Positions 38,733 to 46,712 of a DNA stretch of 64,000 nucleotides are shown here, piece by piece. Below the pieces are notes generated by a model. It ran no database searches. It saw only the letters and a list, made by a program, of their open reading frames with translations, and was not told the DNA's origin. The stretch comes from Flavihumibacter sp. (GTDB taxonomy: Bacteria; Bacteroidota; Bacteroidia; Chitinophagales; Chitinophagaceae): positions 559 through 64,558 of the forward strand of contig JBGSYC010000128.1 in NCBI GenBank assembly GCA_041751095.1. Direction: 5' to 3'. The translations under genes and the position numbers were made by a program. Position 1 is the stretch's first letter. Each line of letters opens with the position of its first letter.

Positions 38733-41700
38733 TCAGAATTTAAAATTGACATTCAAACCCATGCTTCTTGGTGTTGGTAAAGTCATGTCTTCAATACCCG
38801 GTAAGATTGTTTCTCCGGAAATACCGGAAGTGTCGGGATCTATGTGGGGTACCTTTGTCCATAGCTTCAGATTTCTGCCTACCAGAAAAATACTTATGTC
38901 CCGCACGGGTAATTTTCCCAGCAGCTTGTTTGGAATGGTATAGCCGATTTTTACTTCACGCAGCTTTATATAAGTGGCATCAAAAGTGGCTTGTTCAGGA
39001 TTAAAGAAACCAGATCCCCAATATCTTTCAGCGGTTACATTTACATTATTGGGCTTGAAAGTACCATCCGGATTTGCCATTACACCCACGCCAACGTAGC
39101 CACCGTTTCTTCCACCTAAACTTTCTTTCAGTTGTCCGGCTTCATTGCCTCTTACATACATATACGAGTAAATTTCACCGCCCTTTTTCCAATCGAGCAA
39201 AGCGCTTGCCTGCACTCCTTTGTACGTGAATGCATTGGAGATGCCGGCCATCCAGTCGGGGTTATAGTTACCTACTTTTATCAGATCTTCGGTAAATTGC
39301 GGCAGCCCGTTTAAATGAATAATGTTGCCCTGAGGATCTCTTTGAAATCCACGTCCATACATATCACCCATGCGTTCGCCCACTCTTGCCTGCACAGATA
39401 CATATCGTCCAGGCAGGGCATAAGTGTTAATGCCGTCTACCAACGATATTACTTTTGCGCGGTTTGCTGACCAGTTAACCGAAACATCCCATCTGAAGCT
39501 ATTATTAAGCCTGATAGGATTAAGATTAAGCATCACTTCGATACCCTGGCTTCGTATTTCGCCGGCGTTTAAAAAGCGGGAAGTATAACCACTGGTAAGG
39601 TCAATAGGGATATTCAATATTTGATTCCGGCTGCGGGTGTTATAAAAAGTAACGTCAATGCCTATTCGACGGGCAAAAAAATTCAATTGAGTTCCGAATT
39701 CATACGTATCAATATTTTCGGGCAACAGATCGGCGTTGGCAATAGCGGCAGGCTCGGATACCGTTTGGGTTCCTGCCCAGGGAGTTGCATAACTGTAAAC
39801 ATTTCTTAGCCTGTACGGCCTCGTGTCGTTACCTACTCGTGCCCAGCTTGCCCTGATCTTGCCAAAGGAAAGCGGACTGTTTGCCGGGAGTTTCACCAGG
39901 TCAGTAAACACAGCGCTTAAAGATGCCGAAGGATAGAAATAAGAATTATTAGCGGAAGGCAAAGTGCTTGACCAGTCATTTCTTGCGGTAACATCAAGGA
40001 ATACAGCATTTCGGTAGGTTAACTGTCCGAAGCCATATAAACTGTTGATCTTATATTTTGAATCAAATTGCTGATTAACCAGGGGTATACGCGAATTACC
40101 TAAATTATAAATGCCCGGAATACTCAACTGCCCGGCAATTGCACTTAGGTCTTCTTCGCGCTGCTGCATTTGGTTACCGCCTGCAGATACTTTGAAATTC
40201 CAGTCTTCCTTTAGCTTTTTGTCATAGGTTAGCAGGAAATCTGCATTACGCTCCTGGAAGAATATACGATCTAAACGATACATACCTAATGGAAAGGCGT
40301 TGCTGCCGGGAGTACGGCGGCTATCCCTGCGTTCATTGCTCTGATCTAATCCTGTACGTAACAATAAACTGAGATCCGGGGTAAATTCATAGGTTAGTGT
40401 TGCATTACCGACCCAACGGTTCTTTGTAAGCCCGTTTAAATTTTCATACACTGTATAATACGGGTTATCATTAAACTGATAGTTATACGTAAACGGCTGT
40501 ACGCCTTCCAGACCTTTTACCCAGTAATCACGCATTTTATCTGTAGGCACCTGTCTTCCTTCCCATATCCATGTATATACTACGCTTTCATTTCCATAAC
40601 TTACTACAGGCCTGTTTTTGCTGTCTGTACTGATGTAATTTATACCCGCATTCAGACGCAGCTTTTCTGTGAGTGCGTAGCCGGTGTTCAAAGCGATCGT
40701 ATTTCTTTTTTGGTCTGTATTAGGCACCAATCCTGTTTGGTCAAGATTGGTAAACGAGAGGCGGTAATTTCCTTTGTCATTGCTTCCGGTAAGAGAAATA
40801 TTATTGGTAAGGGTTCGCCCTGCCTGATAAAACTCCTTTACATTGTTTGGGTATGGCGCCCATTTTATTTTCTCGCCATTTTTTGGGGGCCATTCAGTAT
40901 TTACCGGTACGGCTAACTCCCGTCCGTCTAAGGCAGGTCCCCAGCTTCTTCCGCCATCGCCAATATTATATACGTCACCGCGGCCTTGTCCATACTCATT
41001 CTGATAATCAGGTAAGCGTAGGACAGTTTCAAAGGTGGTTGTTGAATTAACCGTAACGCCCATTCCCCTTGTTCCCTTACCTGTTTTGGTAGTGATCAAG
41101 ATCACCCCGTTTGCCGCCCTCGACCCGTATAATGCAGCAGCAGTTGGACCTTTTAGCACAGAAATGGCTTCAACATCATCCGGATTGATTTCGCCTGCGC
41201 CATTACCATAGTCGATGTTCTGTCGTTGGGATGAGGCGCTTACCTGATTATTAATAGGTATCCCATCCACTACAAACAAGGGCTGATTGTTACCTGCAAG
41301 GGAGGTCTCGCCTCTTATCACCACCCTTGATGAACCGCCGATACTATTTGAGCCTCCAACTACGTTCAAACCTGCCACCCTGCCTGCAAGAGAATTGACA
41401 AGGTTGGTTTCCCTTGCCTGCGTTAAAGATTCTCCTTTTACTTCCTGCACTGCATATCCTAATGCTCTTTTTTCGCGGGTAATGCCCAAAGCCGTAACAA
41501 TTACATCACTTAGTACATTTTGAGCTGATTGTAGTTGTACACTAATGTTGTTATTTCCGGTAAATGGCACCTCCATAGTCCGATAGCCTGTGAAGCTGAA
41601 AACGATAATATCCTTTGTTGTAAAAGCATTTTTATTGGTGAGGGTATAAACGCCCGCTGCGTCAGTCGATGTGCGAAAGGTAGTTCCTTTAATTTCCACA

Positions 41701-41840
41701 GTCGCTCCTTGTAGCGGCTGCCCTAAACTGTCTGCAACAACACCTTTAATAATTTGACTGAATGATAAAAAGGGGAGGGCTAAAAAAATAAGCGTAAGAC
41801 AGCATAGATTTCCTGTGTAATTATTTCGCGGTTTCATCAA
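38733..41840 (-). CDS. SusC/RagA-family TonB-dependent transporter
   Basis: Carboxypeptidase-regulatory-like N-domain, plug (VIRGETSL...VVDGIPI), terminal ...GLNVNFKF; 1035 aa. Confidence 0.9.
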   Translation of the reverse strand: MMKPRNNYTGNLCCLTLIFLALPFLSFSQIIKGVVADSLGQPLQGATVEIKGTTFRTSTDAAGVYTLTNKNAFTTKDIIVFSFTGYRTMEVPFTGNNNISVQLQSAQNVLSDVIVTALGITREKRALGYAVQEVKGESLTQARETNLVNSLAGRVAGLNVVGGSNSIGGSSRVVIRGETSLAGNNQPLFVVDGIPINNQVSASSQRQNIDYGNGAGEINPDDVEAISVLKGPTAAALYGSRAANGVILITTKTGKGTRGMGVTVNSTTTFETVLRLPDYQNEYGQGRGDVYNIGDGGRSWGPALDGRELAVPVNTEWPPKNGEKIKWAPYPNNVKEFYQAGRTLTNNISLTGSNDKGNYRLSFTNLDQTGLVPNTDQKRNTIALNTGYALTEKLRLNAGINYISTDSKNRPVVSYGNESVVYTWIWEGRQVPTDKMRDYWVKGLEGVQPFTYNYQFNDNPYYTVYENLNGLTKNRWVGNATLTYEFTPDLSLLLRTGLDQSNERRDSRRTPGSNAFPLGMYRLDRIFFQERNADFLLTYDKKLKEDWNFKVSAGGNQMQQREEDLSAIAGQLSIPGIYNLGNSRIPLVNQQFDSKYKINSLYGFGQLTYRNAVFLDVTARNDWSSTLPSANNSYFYPSASLSAVFTDLVKLPANSPLSFGKIRASWARVGNDTRPYRLRNVYSYATPWAGTQTVSEPAAIANADLLPENIDTYEFGTQLNFFARRIGIDVTFYNTRSRNQILNIPIDLTSGYTSRFLNAGEIRSQGIEVMLNLNPIRLNNSFRWDVSVNWSANRAKVISLVDGINTYALPGRYVSVQARVGERMGDMYGRGFQRDPQGNIIHLNGLPQFTEDLIKVGNYNPDWMAGISNAFTYKGVQASALLDWKKGGEIYSYMYVRGNEAGQLKESLGGRNGGYVGVGVMANPDGTFKPNNVNVTAERYWGSGFFNPEQATFDATYIKLREVKIGYTIPNKLLGKLPVRDISIFLVGRNLKLWTKVPHIDPDTSGISGETILPGIEDMTLPTPRSMGLNVNFKF

Positions 41841-42444
41841 TACTTAATTTCCGCAAAAGTGACCTGAAGATTGTTCAGGAAATACGTGATCCGGGAGAAT
41901 TAACAATTCAATGTTTTTAAAGCAATCATTTCATAACAATGAGTAAATGATTTGGAAACATAACATACCATCAATTAATTCAAAAAGGGATTATACGAGT
42001 AATAAATTGCGGATAATTAATTTGCTGCGGCTACAATTTAGAAACCGCTTGTTTATTTTTTATTATTATGCCGGAATAGAAAGTGCCGCCGCTATACAAG
42101 TGACATAACTTTGCGACGAAAAAGATGATAACGAAAGTTTTCAGGTAAATAAAAGACTTAAAGTGAAGATGTATCTCTGAGCACAAATAAGCGTAAATTG
42201 AACAAAACTCAGAAACTGTAGGTTATACGGGAAGTAGAACAAAACCGGTTAACCGGACGGTACGAAAGCATAGTCTGAGACCCTTGTAGTGACATATAAC
42301 TTCCATTCTATTGGTCTCCCCATATGGAAGACATTCGTTCTCTGATTGTTGTCTTGTCATAATTTTCCTGGCAGGCAACCAATACTGCAAAAACTCGTTA
42401 TATTCATATCCCATAACTATCACTTCATACCAAAAACCACTGCT

Positions 42445-43551
42445 ATGTTGAAAAAAATTAGTTACACACTTTGTTTTTTAGTCCTGTTCGTTTTTGTTGG
42501 TAACACCATGCTGTTTAACAGTTCCCAGCCTCCGCAGGGGTATACCGGTGCTACAGGACAATACTGTACCAGTTGTCATGGTAGCTTTGCTTTAAACTCT
42601 GTTGGCGGCAGTGTAACTGCAACCGGACTTCCGACAGGTAGTTATGTGCAAGGTCAGGCATATAATTTTTCCATTACCATATCTCACGGGGCAGTAAGAA
42701 ACAGGTGGGGCTTTTCCATAGCTGCCCGTAATGCTGCCGGTCAGCCTGTAGGAACATTTTCTGGCACTCATCCTAATGCAGCACCTAACGGCAATGAGCT
42801 TAGCCACAACAATGCTGTTAGCTTCAGCGGTACCTCTTACACCTACAATAATTTAACCTGGACTGCACCAGCTTCGCCTGCCCCTGCAGATAACCCGGTA
42901 AGCTTTTATTACGTAGGAAATGCAGCAAACGGAGACTTTGGCGCCGGGTCTGATTATATTTATTCAGCTTCAACGGTGGTTGCTTTGCCTATTATACTTT
43001 CTGCCTTCACTGCCGATGTAAGAGGAACATCTGTCAACTTAAAGTGGGAAACCTCGAGTGAAAACAACAGCAGCCATTTTATTATTGAGAAAAGTGCAGA
43101 TAACCAGCATTTTTATGAGTTAGCTAAAGTGAATGCATCGGGCAGTTCTTCATCGAAGCGTAATTATGCATTTACTGATGATAAACCGGCATACTATGAA
43201 GGAGCGACTTTTTACCGTTTATCTTTGGTTGATAAAGACGGTTCAAAAAAATATTCAAACGTGTTGAATGTATCTATCAAAGCGATAAGCACATTTATTA
43301 AGAAGCTATACCCAAACCCAGTCAGGAAAGGGAATAATATGCAGGTTGAAATAATTAGTAACAGGCAACAGCGTGTGTCAATTCAACTAATAAATAATAG
43401 TGGAAATAGGGTGCAGCATACAGCATCTTCTCTTCGGAAAGGAAATAACACGATCAATCTTTCTATAAATAAGAGTGTTGCTGCCGGCATGTACGCTTTA
43501 TTGGTGCAGATGGAAGATGGGGTACAACAAATTCCGGTTTTAATACAATAA
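42445..43551 (+). CDS. T9SS-sorted secreted protein with an N-terminal domain carrying one CxxCH motif
   Basis: Signal peptide from ATG 42445; GYTGATGQYCTSCHG; pre-CTD module LPIILSAFTADVRGTSVNLKWETSSENNSSHFIIEKS; T9SS type-A CTD (LYPNPV...). Confidence 0.7.
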   Translation: MLKKISYTLCFLVLFVFVGNTMLFNSSQPPQGYTGATGQYCTSCHGSFALNSVGGSVTATGLPTGSYVQGQAYNFSITISHGAVRNRWGFSIAARNAAGQPVGTFSGTHPNAAPNGNELSHNNAVSFSGTSYTYNNLTWTAPASPAPADNPVSFYYVGNAANGDFGAGSDYIYSASTVVALPIILSAFTADVRGTSVNLKWETSSENNSSHFIIEKSADNQHFYELAKVNASGSSSSKRNYAFTDDKPAYYEGATFYRLSLVDKDGSKKYSNVLNVSIKAISTFIKKLYPNPVRKGNNMQVEIISNRQQRVSIQLINNSGNRVQHTASSLRKGNNTINLSINKSVAAGMYALLVQMEDGVQQIPVLIQ

Positions 43552-43604
43552 AGTTGATGTGGTTGAATACGAAAGGGCCTTAACAAAAAGAGCCGCGACT
43601 TTTG

Positions 43605-43711
43605 CTTATCCGTGTCTCTCGGTGTGTACTTCTTTGTGCCTCCGTGGTTAAAATTGGTGATGAAGGGAACCACAACACAAAGCGGAAGCACGGAGAAGCA
43701 CAAAGGCAAAC
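43605..43711. repeat. Imperfect inverted array of CACGGAG/CACAAAG units (REP/MITE-like); related element at 53661-53710
   Basis: The left arm revcomp aaccacggaggcacaaag resembles the right arm aaccac...gcacggagaagcacaaag. The 12-mer GAAGGGAACCAC is shared with 53689-53700. Confidence 0.3.
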
Positions 43712-43973
43712 ATTGATAATATGCTTTTATTCTTGCAATACTTAGGTATTATATGTTACTTTGCACTTCAAAGCTCTTTTTAATATGGAGGAAAACGATT
43801 GGCTTTGGCATACTACTTATTCTTTACAGTTTGAATTTAACAACAAAAATCATAATTTTTTTCCCCGTATACTTTGTATTGCAAAGTACTTTAAAGTAAC
43901 TTTTATAAAATCCGCTTTGCCTTAATAAAATATTACAAAGCTTACCGGATAAAACATTTAAAAATATGGAGAT

Positions 43974-44378
43974 ATGATTAAATTTCAGAAGAGCTATTTC
44001 ATAATTGCAGTATCATTATTTGTTACCGAGGTTCTCATTGCCTTATACCTTCATGACGAGATTATCAGACCATATTTTGGAGATGTTCTTGTAGTAATTC
44101 TGCTTTATTGTTTTGTTAAAAGCTTCCTGAACATACCAGTCGCAATTGCCGCTTTTTCCGTTCTTCTCTTTTCTTACCTGATAGAAACATTGCAATACTT
44201 TCATATCATTCATTACCTGGGCTTAGACCGTTCAGCATTAGCCAGTACTATCATGGGAAATTATTTTACCTGGGTTGATATTCTGGCATATACATTGGGA
44301 ATCTCAATCGTGTTATGTATAGAATGGCTAATGGTAACTGGTAAGAAACTGCGATCGTTAACAAACACACGACAATAA
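43974..44378 (+). CDS. DUF2809-like small membrane protein
   Basis: IRPYFGDVLVVILLY and GNYFTWVDILAYTLG patterns; 134 aa, 4 TM. Confidence 0.5.
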   Translation: MIKFQKSYFIIAVSLFVTEVLIALYLHDEIIRPYFGDVLVVILLYCFVKSFLNIPVAIAAFSVLLFSYLIETLQYFHIIHYLGLDRSALASTIMGNYFTWVDILAYTLGISIVLCIEWLMVTGKKLRSLTNTRQ

Positions 44379-44383
44379 AAAGC

Positions 44384-45145
44384 ATGGCATTTTTTGTAAG
44401 CAATGATTCAATAGTTCGGAAAATCTGGGGAAAGGGCGACACTATCCTGTTGATTTTTGCCGGTGCTTCAGCTGAGTTTGCCTTAAATAGGGCAGTGGAC
44501 TGGCTTTACTTTACCGGGCGTCTTCCCGCCGACCCGCTGGGCAGGCTGTTCTCCACAGTTTGTTATGCCAGGCAAATTGTATTTTCAGAATATCATGAAG
44601 CGCTCAATGCTATTGACAAGATTACTGCTATTCATAAGTCCGTAGAAGACAGTCGTGGTGCTCAGATACCCGGCTGGGCTTACCGGGATGTTTTGTTTAT
44701 GCTGATCGATTATTCTATCCGGTCTTTCGAAGTAATGGAAAGAAAACTGACGCAGGAGGAAAAAGCCGAAACTTTTGATGTGTTTTTGCGCGTTGGTATA
44801 AGGATGGGGATTAGCGGTTTGCCACATAATTACCAGGCCTGGATAAATATGCGGAGCGAACATTTAGAGAAAGATATTATTTGCAGCGATTTTACGATTG
44901 ATTTGTGTAAACAATACAGAAAGCATCTTGGATGGCTCAGATATCAGTTGCTGAAGCAGTCTCAGGTGCTGGTTGTGCCTGAAAGAGTTAGTACGCTACT
45001 TTCTTTGGGCACAATTCCTTTGCTAACACCTGTTCTGCAAGTGTATAAACTGACGCGGTTCTTTCAGGTGCACGGGTTGCTCAGGAATGCCATACTTCCT
45101 CCCGGTTATAAGAAACAAATAGCGAAATTAGATACCCGTAATTGA
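44384..45145 (+). CDS. MpaB/DUF2236-like oxygenase family protein (tentative)
   Basis: Size and N-terminal pattern only; weak recall-based assignment. Confidence 0.4.
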   Translation: MAFFVSNDSIVRKIWGKGDTILLIFAGASAEFALNRAVDWLYFTGRLPADPLGRLFSTVCYARQIVFSEYHEALNAIDKITAIHKSVEDSRGAQIPGWAYRDVLFMLIDYSIRSFEVMERKLTQEEKAETFDVFLRVGIRMGISGLPHNYQAWINMRSEHLEKDIICSDFTIDLCKQYRKHLGWLRYQLLKQSQVLVVPERVSTLLSLGTIPLLTPVLQVYKLTRFFQVHGLLRNAILPPGYKKQIAKLDTRN

Positions 45146-45470
45146 GCAGGTCCGCGTGGAGGAGTTACTGACAAAGTGAAAATGGTTGATTAAAAAAAGG
45201 ACACCGAACCATCAATTGATGTGAAAAGGATATCACTAAAAATGAAGTTGAGATAAATAAGGGTGTTCTCATTTTCAAAGCGGAATTTACCCTTATGAAA
45301 TCTAATTAGCCTCATTTAAAATTATTCATACACCCAAAAAACGGTTCAATAGAGTAATTTTACCAGAATGTTCATGAGCGATCAGATTGGCAATTACACA
45401 TAAATTCCAAAAATTAAGCGCCTGAGGCAATACAATCTCCTATTCACTCTTAGTGTGAAAACCAGTTTTT

Positions 45471-46586
45471 ATGAAAGACATTTCCGAATTCTTTTCCGGC
45501 CTTTTTGATACGGACCGTTGGCCGCCGAGGTGGGAGTGTGGATACTGGTCTGAATTTCATGGCTGGCTATATATTGTCAGTGATCTGATGATCTGGCTGG
45601 CATATTTTTTAATTCCTCTCATTATCATCAATTATTTCAAAACTAAAAAAAGTTCGATCAGGTTTCATGCAGTGTATCTGTTATTTGCAGCCTTTATACT
45701 GCTGTGTGGTACCACTCATTTTCTTGACGCAGTAATGTTTTGGGTACCAGCGTATCGCTTTAATGCTTTAATCAGGTTTCTAACGGGTATAGTAAGTCTG
45801 GTTACTGTTTATCAACTGGTGCTTATCTTACCAGGCATGATCAAGTTGAGAACCGGCCTGGAGCTCGAAAGCGAAATTGCGCGCCGCGAACAGGTAGAAC
45901 GCGATCTTGCCGAGGCGAATAGCCGGTTAAACGCCTTTGCTTCTGTAGCGTCTCATGATCTGCAGGAACCTCTTAGAAAAATTAAGCTTTTCACGGAAAT
46001 GGTCTACGAGAAAAACCAGGCTTTATATGATGATGCCAGTAAATTGAATACTGGGAAAATTATTCAATCCGCGTCCCGGATGCAGGGTCTTATCAAAAGT
46101 GTGTTAACACTTTCTTCCATGGATAATAATATAGAAGTTAAAAATGTCGACACGAACGAAGTGGTGCGTTTAGCTCTTGAAACACTTGAGTTGCGCATTC
46201 ACGAGAAAAAGGCTGCCATTCATACCAACGAATTGCCTGAAGTAATGGGCAACTTATCATACCTGACACAATTGTTTACTAACCTGGTTAATAATGCCCT
46301 TAAGTTCAATAAAAGGACTCCGGAAATTGAAATAACAGGTAAAAAAATGGATGGCGTTGTTGTTATTATGGTCAGTGACAATGGAATTGGAATGGGTACT
46401 GAATCTTATGATAAAATTTTTCAGGCATTTCAACGAGTGCACCCTCAATCCGCATATGAAGGCACCGGCATTGGCCTTGCGATCTGTAAACAAATAATGG
46501 ATTTACACAGAGGAAGTATAAAGGTAAACAGCACTCCGGACGTCGGTACTACATTCACCCTTACATTCCCCTCTCCTGATAATTGA
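45471..46586 (+). CDS. Sensor histidine kinase: ETR1-like ethylene-binding transmembrane domain (3 TM) + coiled coil + HisKA + HATPase_c
   Basis: HisKA H-box ASHDLQEPLRKI; N-box NLVNNALKF; G-boxes DNGIGM and GTGIGLAI. The N-terminal 130 aa align with ETR1 helices 1-3 (SD..I..AYF.IPL, LCGxTH, LT..VS...LV.I.P....V/L-K/R-T). Confidence 0.85.
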   Translation: MKDISEFFSGLFDTDRWPPRWECGYWSEFHGWLYIVSDLMIWLAYFLIPLIIINYFKTKKSSIRFHAVYLLFAAFILLCGTTHFLDAVMFWVPAYRFNALIRFLTGIVSLVTVYQLVLILPGMIKLRTGLELESEIARREQVERDLAEANSRLNAFASVASHDLQEPLRKIKLFTEMVYEKNQALYDDASKLNTGKIIQSASRMQGLIKSVLTLSSMDNNIEVKNVDTNEVVRLALETLELRIHEKKAAIHTNELPEVMGNLSYLTQLFTNLVNNALKFNKRTPEIEITGKKMDGVVVIMVSDNGIGMGTESYDKIFQAFQRVHPQSAYEGTGIGLAICKQIMDLHRGSIKVNSTPDVGTTFTLTFPSPDN

Positions 46587-46712
46587 TTCAGGCGCTGGGC
46601 TCAACGTAAGCTTACAAATGATTCACTTGTTCACACTAGCTGCGAATCCGGAGCGGTAATCTTATCCCCTCTTCAGAATCCTGCCGGGTGCAAATAAAAA
46701 GAAGCGGTTTGC

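Noticed and set aside
42205-42290. Leader upstream of the CxxCH T9SS gene contains pieces reminiscent of a cobalamin riboswitch: GGGAA, a CCGGTTAACCGGA hairpin like the GGUGAAAAUCC stem-loop, and AGTCTGAGACCC resembling the B12 box. A closing CTCAGA/TCTGAG stem is also possible.
   Set aside because: The core CCCGC...ACUGU segment and the GCCACUG element are absent. There is an 11-nt insertion after GGGAA, and the B12-box match is only about 11 of 16. The similarity is too fragmentary without a covariance-model scan (Rfam RF00174/RF01689) to support it.
43383-43709. 108-aa minus-strand ORF overlapping the 3' end of the T9SS gene and the repeat element.
   Set aside because: It is generated by the CACGGAG/CACAAAG repeat units (LCFSVLPLCVVVPF...) and by antisense of a real gene. 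It shows no coding signal.
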